Below, piece after piece: positions 52,520 through 62,868 of a DNA stretch of 64,000 bases. This DNA comes from an uncultured Bacillota bacterium (GTDB lineage: Bacteria; Bacillota; DTU025; MWDF01): positions 160,001 through 224,000 of the forward strand of contig CAWGMK010000010.1 of NCBI GenBank assembly GCA_963823655.1. Direction: 5' to 3'. Position 1 is the stretch's first letter. Every line of letters begins with the position of its first letter. The position numbers and the translations under genes are program-made. The notes beneath the pieces are model-generated. The model saw only the letters and a program-made list of their open reading frames with translations, made no database searches and was not told where the DNA came from.

Positions 52520-55500
52520 TCAGAACAGGTCGAAATTCAGCGTGTAGCCGGGTATGCTGACGCTGAATTTACCGGTGGCAAGGTCCACATTGCCGCTTAC
52601 AGACTTGGGGTCGATAACAGGGGCATCAACTGTCCCGCTTGCCGTAAGCCTAAGTTCATTAGTGTTCTGTATCCCAACTGATACCGTGGCAGAGACGGAG
52701 AATGTCGGATCCGGCAGAAGAGGTACCGATACCGTGCAGCTCGCGCTGGCCCCCATGCTTCCTGTAAGCGTAATGCCGCTGCTTTTTATAGTGAAATCGC
52801 ATTTTACGCTGTTGCCGCCGAGGCCCAAATATGCAATCCCCTGGATGCCGCCAGTTTTGGTAATGCCGAAGTCGGCGCTTGCAAGCGTAACATTGGACAG
52901 CTTCAGCTTGCCCGTGCCCCTCATCCCATTGGAAGTGTTCAAAGTGAGGATGGCGTCATCAAGGGTCACGCTCTTTCCTCCAGGAAGTGGTATTGCCAGG
53001 TCCTGCTCATACCTGCCGGACGCGCCCGCAGGCGATATCGTAAAGTCGAACTGCGGGCTTACGCCCAGTATTGTTATCTTGCCCTTGCCGGTGATAGTAG
53101 TGCCGGCCATCTTAAGGCTGGATTCGGCAACGTCCCAGTCGCAGACCTTGATATTGCCGGCCGCCGTTGCCTCGAACTTCGTAGGGCTTGCCGCCACCGT
53201 GAACTCAGTGGAAGTCAGCCCGGGGACTGCGAGGTCGAATGTTCCTGTCATTGTGGAGCCGTTGATCTTCAAGTTGGCATCGGCCACATTGAAGCCGAAG
53301 ATGGTGACAGCGCCCAGATAGGTAGCCTCAAACTTGGTAGGCGTTGCGTTTACGGCGTATGAGCTCTGTGCTATTCCCGGCACTGTCATAAGAAGGGTGC
53401 CGGTCACCAATTCATCGGATAAGGTAAGGCCCCCGGAAGCAAGGCTCCATCCGAAGAACGTCGGCCCCTGGACCTGGGCGGATCCGGAGATGTGGCCCGG
53501 CGTGACGGTTACTGCAAACTGCTGCGTAACGGACGGCGTCGTGCCGAGCTTCAGCTTGCTTGTTCCGGTAAACGAAGACGATGAAAAGCTGAGATCTATC
53601 GCGCTTGCGGTCCAGCCCAGCAGCTTTCCTGATGCCAAAGTGGCGGATCCGCTCACCGAGGTGGGAGTCAGGTTCAGATTGACCGAGGCCTTGCTGGCCC
53701 CGGGCAGGTCGACTTTCCCGACGGCGGTAAATGACGCTTCCGTCAACGTGAGCTTAGTCGAGGTGAATGTCCAGCCCAGCATCGTGAAGTCCTGGGTTAC
53801 GGTGCCCGAAAACGTAGTGGGCGTTATGTTGAAGGCGAGGCTTACGCTCGGTCCTGAAGGGATGCTGACCGCAGCGTTTCCGGATATCTTCGTGGAGCTT
53901 ACAGTAAGCGATGAGTTCGTAGATTCCATCCGAACAGGCTGAGGGACTGGCCTATGCCTGCTGAGAAGCTTGTGGCGGTGCCTGACAGGCTGAGCGATAT
54001 CTGTGCGTTCCCCGGTATGCCGACGCTTGCGCTGCCGGCAAATGTTTTATTCGTTATGGATACATCCGCATTCGCAAGCGACCAGGAGCCATATCCAATG
54101 TTGCCTCCGCCGTGGGCGATAAGCTGAAGGTCCTTGGAAATAGCCACATCGAACTTGATGTCCGTCGAAGTGCCGGGCAGCCTCGCATAGGCGACGCCCG
54201 CGATTTGGGTGTTGCCTATGCTTAAGTCCACCTGGGACAGTGTCCATCCCGCTATCCCGAACGACTGGTTGTAGCGCCCGGTGATAATGCCATCAGTGCC
54301 AACACTAATATTCCAGCGCGTGCTGGTGCCGGTCGGCATGACGAGATCGCCCGAGCCCTTAATGCCTGTGTTGTCGATTTTGAAGTCGGCGTTTGCGAAA
54401 GTCCACGGGCCCACTTTGACGGTCTGGGTAGCAGAGCCATAGAACTTGCCTGTGGCAAGGTCAAGGCCTACGGAGTATTGCTGTGAAATCCCCAACAAGC
54501 TGGCAGAGGCTGTGCCCTGGCCGCCGACTTCGAAATCGGGCCCCAGCTTCATATCTATTGCGGCAGTCGCCGGTATGAAAGGAAGGTTGGGCTTCGCGGA
54601 CCAGTGTAGCCCGTCATCGGCTATTGTGCCGGAGGCCACCGTGAAACTGTTACCCGCTATGCTGAAGCCGCCCCTCCAGGTGCCTTTCAATACTTTACCG
54701 GCAGCGTCAGTGCTGAAAGTCGCATCCACCGTGCCTCCGATGGGCAGGTGGAGCTTCCCAGAGCCTACAAGTGCCCCTGTGCCGGCTATTGTGCCCTTAT
54801 AGCCTGTGACTATGAAGCCGGCCACCATAACTTCGTCCGCCGCCTCAACTCGGTTTATCCATCTCAACTATCGACACGTTGAACAGCTTGTGGCTCGTTT
54901 CGATCCCGGCTGAAGCCTCTATTTCGACTATCTCCCCGGGCTCCACCTTTCCTTCGCCCTCGAAGTCGAATACTATGCCAATCGCAGCTTTGCCGTCTTT
55001 GCCGGGCGTGTCGTATTGCTTTCCCGCAAGCACGCAGGGCAGCTCAAGGTCCGTCTCGATGAAAGCTTTGGCTCCCAGGCCGAGCTCGCTTGCGCCCTCA
55101 GCGCCCACTGATACATCGAAACCGGCGCCAAGCTGCATAGTAAATTTGGATTCCTTCTTGAATTCTGAGATGGCGGCCCCCGTAATGCTTGCAAACGCGC
55201 CGCCCGCTTTTGAAAGCAGCGGCCTGAAATTGCCGTCCTTTACGCAGGCTGGCAGCGATTTCAGGAGGTCCATGACCGACTTCGCGCTTGATTTCATGGT
55301 TTCCACCATTGCCTCAAGGGGGAACTTGGCACCGAGGGTAAGTATGGGGATTCCGGGGCTGAGCTCAATTTCAAGGGTGGTTCCTTTGGGTATAACTGAA
55401 GACAGCAGTGTCCAGTCTGGCTCCTTGGCCGACTTGCTTCCGGAAATCCCTTTGGGGGAGATCTGGTCCTGCATGAATATGATAGCCTTGATGCATTCCC

Positions 55501-56920
55501 TGATGAAATCGGGCCTTAAGGCGGTTTGGATGCTCCTGCCGGCGGGAATCTCGGCTTCGAACCCGAACATCCGCATGGCAGTGGAGGAATCGGAGCCGCC
55601 ATCTTCGCCGAGCGCATCCAGGCCCAGTTCAAGCGTGATTTTAGAATCTGAAGAGGCGGTTATCGCCTTTCTGAAGACGCCTTCCGCAAGCTTGATGCAG
55701 ATGGGATCGAGTGCCTTTATTAGTTCTGCCATCGCCTTGGCATTATTGAACGCCCCGGCACTTGCGAACTTATGAATTAAGGGAAGAGCCTCAGTACCTG
55801 CAGATATCATATCCGATATCATGCCTGCGGAAAACTTCACGGCATCGCCCAGAGGGACCATCATCCCCAAACCTGCTTTCAGGGTGCCAGCCGTTGCAGA
55901 AGTATCGGCCAAGCCTGCTCCTGCCTTTGCTGACAGTTCCACTTGGACGCCAATCTCGCCCAGATCATCGCCCGATCTCGAGATGATATCGACTAATGCC
56001 CTCAAGCCGGCGTAGAGCATCGAGGCTGCCTGCCTCGCATCAGGGTTTCTTCTCCATCCCGGAGGCGCCCTGCGCATCGCCTGCATGGCGGGTTTGGCAT
56101 ATGCCCAGGCCTTGTGCGGCTCAGTTTCGAAACAGAGCTTGCCCTCAAGCTCAGCTTCGGCCATCAACACATCGTCGAAAGTCGCTTCTATGCCCAGGCC
56201 TATCTCGCACTTCACTTTGGTTGGTACAAGGTCAAGGGCGCTGAGGTCGACCTGGAACATCTGGCCTCCGATGTCTACCAGGGAGGATGCCCTTATCATG
56301 GGAAGCCCTCCCGCCAGGGGCACTCTGGCCTGGAAGCTGGTGAAAGGCCCGCTGGTTATATCAATGAATGCATAGGGCAAGCCCGGCGTAGGGTTGGAAA
56401 GCCTTCCCTTTCCGTAGGAGCATAAAGGGTCAGCGTTTGAGACGCCAACTACAAGGCGGTTTCGCCCCTGCCTTGCAATCGCCATTATCGAAAGGTCGGT
56501 CCCGTGCTTGATGGCCTCGATCCTGCCGCCGCCGAAGCTCCAGCCCAGTTCCACATCAGGAAGGCCGGATATGGCGGAGCGTACTTTATCGAAAATGATT
56601 TTCGCCTTGTCCCCTGTGAAGGCGACCATTGCTTGAGCCATCTGGCTCATATCCTTAGCAGTGTTGCCCAGGTCCTCTTGCAGGCGGAATTCAAGAGGTG
56701 CCTTGAACCTGTTCAATATGCTGAAAGAACCGGAAGCCGCCTGCGACAGTACGGATTTCGCAATGTCGACGGCCTTTAAGATTCCGGATGAATCAACGAA
56801 ATCCATAATGTCGGACTTGAAGTCCTGGTCTGCATAGGCTGTGCCGGCCGGGATGGTGAACGAAGCTAGCATGAGAGAGGCCAAAACCAAAAACGCCAAC
56901 CTGCGGGCCGTATGTGCCAT
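52520..56920 (-). CDS. Giant exported beta-repeat protein (~1,460 aa if indels at ~54852 and ~53920 are repaired)
   Basis: Signal peptide ending AYA; three overlapping ORFs; the repeat register runs through the 53920 break. Confidence 0.7.
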
Positions 56921-57084
56921 GAAGGTATGCCCCCATTCATATGCATCGGCAACTGTTCTTAACGCAGATAGTTCTATAAATAAACGAAATGTCCTTTGGC
57001 AAATACAAAAAGAAGGACGGAAACTAGCAGGTCAGGGGCTAAGCCCCGTCGAAAATTGACATATCAACACAAGGAGGGTCAAGA

Positions 57085-57897
57085 ATGAAAACTACCCGCA
57101 TCATCTTAGCCATGTCGCTGCTGCTCACACTTACCATGCTGACCGGATGCGCCCTTTTGGGCTTCTCCAGGGTCGACAACTTCGTAACTGAACCCACGCT
57201 GAGCTGGCGAGGAGGTTCCAGTCTGAGGCCAGGGCAGGAGGAGGGGATGGCGACAGGCTTCCATTTCGTCCCCTATAAGGGCCTTGCGCTTCACAACTAT
57301 GAGGTGCTGGCACCGCTTGCCTTCGTCGACGACTTCATATTCTCCATGGAGTTCGAGCTGGACTGCAAGCCGTCGGGCGCCGACGACGAGCACTGGAACG
57401 GTTTCTATGTCTTCATGATAAACATTATGAAAGTGCCCTGCCTGGGAGATGACTACGCTATGCCTGCGGCCTGTCCGCCTCCTACCGATCTCGGCTTCTT
57501 CTTCCTGAGGAACAACCCGGTTGAAAAGCCTACCGAACCTCACCTGGCGGTGCTGTTCAAGGACCAGACCATAGTTGAGCGTACAATGGATACGGGCACG
57601 ATCATGGATGGGAGAAATGTGCTGACTTTGAGCAGGCTGGGCGACGCCATTATGCTCAAGATCAACGACAGGGTATATCAGAAATTCTACCTAGAGCTGG
57701 AGCCGGGCGACCTTGTAACAGTCAGTGTGACTGCAGACAGCGGCCACTACGAATCTGAGCTTCCCCCGGACGACGAGGGGAATATCAGGATGCCGTCAGA
57801 CGTCATGTACTTCAGGAAATTCATACTGAAGGGCTTGAAGGGCAGCAGCTATTATGTGCCCGAGTCCTTCTACTTCGAGCACCTCAACGAGCTGTAG
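57085..57897 (+). CDS. Hypothetical lipoprotein, paralog of 20747-21394
   Basis: AAGGAGG RBS, lipobox LTGC, shared motifs. Confidence 0.75.
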   Translation: MKTTRIILAMSLLLTLTMLTGCALLGFSRVDNFVTEPTLSWRGGSSLRPGQEEGMATGFHFVPYKGLALHNYEVLAPLAFVDDFIFSMEFELDCKPSGADDEHWNGFYVFMINIMKVPCLGDDYAMPAACPPPTDLGFFFLRNNPVEKPTEPHLAVLFKDQTIVERTMDTGTIMDGRNVLTLSRLGDAIMLKINDRVYQKFYLELEPGDLVTVSVTADSGHYESELPPDDEGNIRMPSDVMYFRKFILKGLKGSSYYVPESFYFEHLNEL

Positions 57898-57913
57898 GAA
57901 TACTAGGCCATGA

Positions 57914-57950
57914 AAAAGGAGCCGTCGAAAGGCGGCTCCTTTAGTTTTTT
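57914..57950. terminator. Bidirectional terminator
   Basis: AAAAGGAGCCGTC-gaaa-GGCGGCTCCTTT plus T-tract. Confidence 0.85.
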
Positions 57951-57965
57951 CGGGCGTTGCTGTCC

Positions 57966-58469
57966 CTAGAACCTGAACCCTATGGATCCTTTCGCGAAGA
58001 ACCAGCCCTCGCTAACAGGGGATGGGTATAGGAATACCGTAACGAACTCGTAACCGGCCTCGGCCGCAAGCCTGAGGTTTCCGGGGGTTATCTCGATACC
58101 TGCCGTCGCGTGCATGTTAAAGGCGATATTGGCGCTTATAGCTGCCGGTTCCGGCGGATAGATTACAAGAAGGGCGCCGGGGGCAAGGCTGATGTACGGC
58201 TTAAGGCGGGGGAAAAGGTCGAAATAATAACGCAGCAGCGCATTGGCCCTTATGGGCAAAGGTGCAACGGCGCTGTAGAAGGCTTTGCTGTTGAATGTGC
58301 TCAATTCCAGCCCTAGTCCGAAGTTGCCGAGCCTCTTCTCATATTCCAGGCCGACCAGGGTGGAGCCGTAGGACCCTGTCAGGCTGAGCGTGTTGCCTGT
58401 CGCCATGACCGCAGGCGCAAAAGAGAGCAGAAATAGTATGACCACCGCTGCCAAGATGCGTTTCTTCAT
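57966..58469 (-). CDS. Putative small outer-membrane beta-barrel protein
   Basis: Signal peptide, amphipathic strands (LRYYF, PYISL, AGYEF), C-terminal GSIGFRF. Confidence 0.65.
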   Translation of the reverse strand: MKKRILAAVVILFLLSFAPAVMATGNTLSLTGSYGSTLVGLEYEKRLGNFGLGLELSTFNSKAFYSAVAPLPIRANALLRYYFDLFPRLKPYISLAPGALLVIYPPEPAAISANIAFNMHATAGIEITPGNLRLAAEAGYEFVTVFLYPSPVSEGWFFAKGSIGFRF

Positions 58470-58678
58470 CGTGTTCCTCCTGCATTTCCTGATGATACTT
58501 TCACAGTGCCGAGGATAACAATTCAACGGCTGATTTTTAAATCCTTTAAAATTCACTCGTCGCACCCTTATTAATGCCTTGCGGCCGATTTTTCTGAGGC
58601 CCATCCGAGAGAAGGGTTGCTCCCCTTGGCATCGAAAGCTACATTAATAGTAAGCAAAGTTCGCAAGGAGGCGAAAGC

Positions 58679-59065
58679 ATGGAAGATAACGGGAATACTC
58701 CGAAGACCATAGATGAGTACATCGCGCAATGCCCGCCGGAGCTGCAGAAGACGTTGCAACAGCTTAGAAAGGCAATAAAGAGGGCGGCACCGGAGGCTGA
58801 GGAGAAGATCAGCTGGCAGATGCCCACTTTCTATCTGCACGGCAACCTTGTCCATTTCGCAGCGCATAAAAACCACATCGGCTTCTACCCGGCACCTACT
58901 GGAATCGAAACCTTCAAGCAAAGGCTAGCCCAATACAAGTCATCCAAGGGCGCGGTACAGTTTCCAATCGACAAGCCGCTACCTATCGAGCTTATAGAGG
59001 AAATGGTGGCATTCCGGGCTGCGGAGAACATAAAAGAGCACGAAGCGAAGACTAAGAAGAAGTGA
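58679..59065 (+). CDS. DUF1801 (YdhG-like) protein
   Basis: TIDEYI, EEKISWQMPTF, HIGFYP, SKGAVQFP. Confidence 0.9.
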   Translation: MEDNGNTPKTIDEYIAQCPPELQKTLQQLRKAIKRAAPEAEEKISWQMPTFYLHGNLVHFAAHKNHIGFYPAPTGIETFKQRLAQYKSSKGAVQFPIDKPLPIELIEEMVAFRAAENIKEHEAKTKKK

Positions 59066-59124
59066 GGCCCTGCAACTGACCGACTGAAATCTTGGTGCCG
59101 GTTTGTAACACACAAGCGCAAGAA

Positions 59125-59155
59125 ATGGCCTCCGGTTTTGATTTCCGGAGGCCAT
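59125..59155. terminator. Hairpin between convergent genes
   Basis: ATGGCCTCCGG...CCGGAGGCCAT. Confidence 0.7.
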
Positions 59156-59189
59156 GATAATTATCGGGGCAATTTCACTTCAAACCGGG

Positions 59190-59597
59190 TTAATCCCTCT
59201 GCGATAGCTCTATAAGGACCCCTCCGGTAGCTTTGGGGTGGATGAAGGCGATCTTCGCGCCGCCAGCTCCGTATCTTGGTACCTGGTCGATGAGGGGTAC
59301 GCCTGCCGCCTTGAGAGATTCCAACGCTTCTACAATGTTGTCTACCCTGAATGCCAGGTGCTGTATGCCGCCTCTTCCGCCGTTCTTCTCTATGAACTTG
59401 GCGATGGGCCCCTCAGGATCGGTCGATTCCAGCAGCTCGACTTCCGTATCACCGACGGGGAAGAAGCCAACTCGAACTTTCTGCTCCGCCACTTCCTCCG
59501 TGCCGGCGAGCTTAAGCCCCAGGGCCTCATACATCTTGGCGCCCTCTTTAAGCCCGGTGACCGCAACTCCGATATGGTCCAGTTTCAAAACCTTCAC
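59190..59597 (-). CDS. mce: Methylmalonyl-CoA epimerase
   Basis: DHIGVAV, EQKV, ELLE, HLAFRV, FIHPK...GVLIEL. Confidence 0.95.
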   Translation of the reverse strand: MKVLKLDHIGVAVTGLKEGAKMYEALGLKLAGTEEVAEQKVRVGFFPVGDTEVELLESTDPEGPIAKFIEKNGGRGGIQHLAFRVDNIVEALESLKAAGVPLIDQVPRYGAGGAKIAFIHPKATGGVLIELSQRD

Positions 59598-59599
59598 AG

Positions 59600-60574
59600 T
59601 TATTCCCCCTTATCGATTACTGCCTCGAAAAGGCTGTGTGCCGCCTCGAAGGGCGTTGCCTGCCTCTCTGCTACTTTCAAATACTGCCCCTGGGCCGTCT
59701 TTCCGCCCTCGCCCTCCGAGCTCAGCTTCTTCATCAGCCGGTCAGCAAGTATCCTGGAGACTACAAGTTCCGCATGCCTGAAGCGGCGCTTGGCCAGGAG
59801 CCCCGTCTGGGCCAGCCACGCATAGTAATCGTCCACTTCGGCCACCAGCTCGTCCACGCCCTCGGAGGTCTCTGCGTTGGTCATCAGCACCTTCGGCCTT
59901 CTGGAAAGAGCGTAGCCCAGATCAAGAGCATATTCGATCTCGGCTTTGGTCCTGTCCGCGCCGGGGCGGTCCATCTTGTTGACGACGAAGACGTCGCCAA
60001 TTTCCATGATGCCCGCCTTGATGATCTGGATGTCGTCTCCAAGGCCCGGCACATTCAAAAGGACGACCATATCCGACAGCGAAGAGATCTCGATTTCGGA
60101 TTGGCCGACGCCTACGGTCTCCACAAGCACATATTCGTATCCCGCGGCATCAAGGACGTCGACGGCCGCGGCCGTCCCCCTGGATAGCCCGCCAAGATGG
60201 CCCCTGGTCCCCATGCTCCGGATGAATACTCCGGAGTCCGCGTTATGCCTTTGCATGCGCACCCTGTCGCCAAGCACCGCGCCGCCCGTGAACGGGGAGG
60301 TGGGGTCCACAGCGATGATGCCCACCTTGTGGCCGGCCTCCCTCAGCTTGAGCGCGAACTTGTCCACGAGGGTGCTCTTCCCGCCCCCGGGAGGCCCGGT
60401 AATGCCGATGACCTTAGCATGCCCCGTCTTGGGGTAGAACAGGGAATAGGCAAGCTCGTAACCCGGTGCTTCGTTCTCTACAAGGCTGATGAGCCTGGAG
60501 ACCGAGCGCACATCGCCTTTTAGCGCGCCGTCTACAAGCTCCCTGGCCCTTTTCTCGTTATCGGCTGAAGACAT
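59600..60574 (-). CDS. meaB: MeaB/ArgK GTPase chaperone
   Basis: GITGPPGGGKST, AVDPTSP, LGDRVRM, ETVGVGQSE, NKMD. Confidence 0.95.
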   Translation of the reverse strand: MSSADNEKRARELVDGALKGDVRSVSRLISLVENEAPGYELAYSLFYPKTGHAKVIGITGPPGGGKSTLVDKFALKLREAGHKVGIIAVDPTSPFTGGAVLGDRVRMQRHNADSGVFIRSMGTRGHLGGLSRGTAAAVDVLDAAGYEYVLVETVGVGQSEIEISSLSDMVVLLNVPGLGDDIQIIKAGIMEIGDVFVVNKMDRPGADRTKAEIEYALDLGYALSRRPKVLMTNAETSEGVDELVAEVDDYYAWLAQTGLLAKRRFRHAELVVSRILADRLMKKLSSEGEGGKTAQGQYLKVAERQATPFEAAHSLFEAVIDKGE

Positions 60575-60575
60575 A

Positions 60576-60974
60576 TTACTTCCTCTTGATATTTGTACGT
60601 ATGAACTCGGCAGTGGTCGTCGTCGGCGTGCCGGGGGTGAACACTGCGGCAATGCCTCCTGCTATAAGGCCCGGGATGTCCTCGTCCGGAATGACGCCGC
60701 CGCCTACCACAAGCACATCGTCGGCGCCTTTGGCCCTGAGAAGCTCCACTACCTTGGGGAACAGGTGGTTGTGGGCGCCGGAGAGTATGGACAATGCTAC
60801 ACAGTCCACGTCCTCCTGAACCGCGGCGTTTACTATTTGTTCTGGCGTCTGCCTGAGGCCAGTATAGATTACTTCCATGCCGGCATCCCTTAGGGCGCGC
60901 GCTACTACTTTCGCCCCTCTGTCATGGCCGTCGAGGCCCGGCTTGGCTACAAGCACCCTGATCTTCCTATCCAT
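60576..60974 (-). CDS. Methylmalonyl-CoA mutase, B12-binding subunit
   Basis: [10 protein letters not shown] (DxHxxG), SILSGAH, GGVIP. Confidence 0.95.
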   Translation of the reverse strand: MDRKIRVLVAKPGLDGHDRGAKVVARALRDAGMEVIYTGLRQTPEQIVNAAVQEDVDCVALSILSGAHNHLFPKVVELLRAKGADDVLVVGGGVIPDEDIPGLIAGGIAAVFTPGTPTTTTAEFIRTNIKRK

Positions 60975-60988
60975 TCTCAAGAGCCTCC

Positions 60989-62657
60989 TTACATGCCCGC
61001 CGGCTTATATTCGCCGAAGACTTTCCTCATTACGTCGCTTATCTCGCCCAAAGTCGCATATTCCTTTACCGCGGCTAGTATCGGAGGCATCAGGTTGTCT
61101 GTGCCCACCGCCGCAGCCTCAAGGTCCTTCAGCGCCTGGCTAACAGCCCTATTGTCCCTCTTCGATTTGACTGCCGCGATCTTCGCGCACTGTGCCCTTC
61201 CGACCGCCTCGTCGACTCTCAGAAGGCCCTTGGGGGAGCCCTCCTTGATCTGGAACTTGTTGAGCCCGACGACTACCCTGTCGCCGCTTTCGATGGACAT
61301 CTGGTACTTGTAGGCGGAATCTTCGATCTCGCGCTGTATGAAGCCCTGTTCTATGGCCCTTACGGCGCCGCCGATCTCATCGATGCGCTTAATGTAGTCC
61401 GCGGCCTGTTTCTCCATCTCATCGCACAGGGACTCTACATAGTAGCTTCCAGCCAGCGGGTCGACAGTCTCGCAGACGCCGCTTTCATAGGCGATGATCT
61501 GCTGCGTCTTAAGTGCGATGCGCACGGACTCCTCGGTGGGCAGCGCAAGCGCCTCGTCCTTGGAGTTGGTGTGCAGCGACTGCGTGCCGCCCAAAACCGC
61601 GGCAAGCGCCTGCAGGGTGACCCTGACGATGTTGTTGTCGGGCTGCTGGGCGGTGAGCGTGCATCCTGCCGTCTGGGTATGGAATCTCAGCATCAGGGAG
61701 CGGGGGTTCTTCGCCCCGAACCTGTCTCGCATGATCTTGCCCCAGAGGCGCCTGGCCGCCCTGAACTTGGCGACCTCCTCCAGGAAGTCGTTATGGCTGT
61801 TGAAGAAGAACGAAAGCCTGGGGGCGAAGTCGTCTACATTGAGCCCCGCCTTTACTCGCAGCCTCTACATAGGCGATGCCGTCGGCCAGCGTGAATGCCA
61901 CTTCCTGTACTGCGGTGGAGCCCGCCTCCCTAATGTGGTAGCCGGATATCGATATCGTGTTCCACTTGGGGACATTGTCCTTGCAGTAGGCGAATATGTC
62001 GGTGATGAGCCTCATCGAGGGCTGCGGCGGGTATATGTAGGTGCCGCGGGCCGCATATTCCTTGAGGATGTCGTTTTGTATCGTGCCGTCCAGCTCACAG
62101 GAGGGTACGCCCTGCTTCTCGCCCACTGCGATGTACATTGCGAGAAGCACTGCGGCGGGGGCGTTAATGGTCATGGATGTCGAGACTTTATCAAGGGGTA
62201 TGCCGTTGAAAAGAGTCTCCATGTCGGCCAGGGAATCGATGGCGACTCCCACTTTGCCGACCTCACCGGCAGACAGCTCGTGATCGGAATCGTAACCTAT
62301 CTGGGTGGGAAGGTCGAAGGCCACTGAAAGGCCGGTCTGGCCGGATTCCAGGAGCATCTTGTAGCGCTTGTTGGACTCTTCGGCCGATGCGAAGCCCGCA
62401 TACTGCCTCATCGTCCAGAACCTTCCGCGGTACATCGTCGGCTGCACGCCCCTGGTGAACGGGAATTCGCCGGGGAAGCCGAGCTGCTCGCCGTAATCCT
62501 TGCCTTCCAAGTCAACCGGAGTGTAGAGGGGCTTTACTTTGATGCCCGAGCCCGTCTCGAAACTGTCGCGCCTTTCCTTGCGCTTAGGGTCCGCGACCGA
62601 GGGCTCGTACACCTTCTCATACCACCTCTGGGTCGTCTCCTTGACCTGATCTTTCAA
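60989..62657 (-). CDS. Methylmalonyl-CoA mutase, large subunit (frameshift ~61855)
   Basis: [15 protein letters not shown] (Tyr specificity residue of MCM), [23 protein letters not shown]. Confidence 0.93.
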
Positions 62658-62868
62658 TATTTACACCCCCATGCATGTTTCTGGCAACATAAATATATTT
62701 TATCACAAATAACGGAAATTCCTGCATATTGAGGAGTACAAAGGGTCCGAAAAGAGGGCGGGGCGGCTGCTTTCCACCGGGTCGTTATGCGCGGGTGCAT
62801 GAGCAGGAATCCGAGCACCGGGGGTTATAATATTCCTAGGTAGAAGCGGGCGGAAGGGGTGTTGCCGG

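Noticed and set aside
52554-55775. Long antisense ORFs here and opposite gcvPB, the acetamidase, cca and the DAO gene
   Set aside because: Shadow ORFs from GC-rich codon bias; no RBS or motifs.
62660-62865. Cobalamin riboswitch upstream of the mutase
   Set aside because: No B12-box or GCCACTG motif visible.
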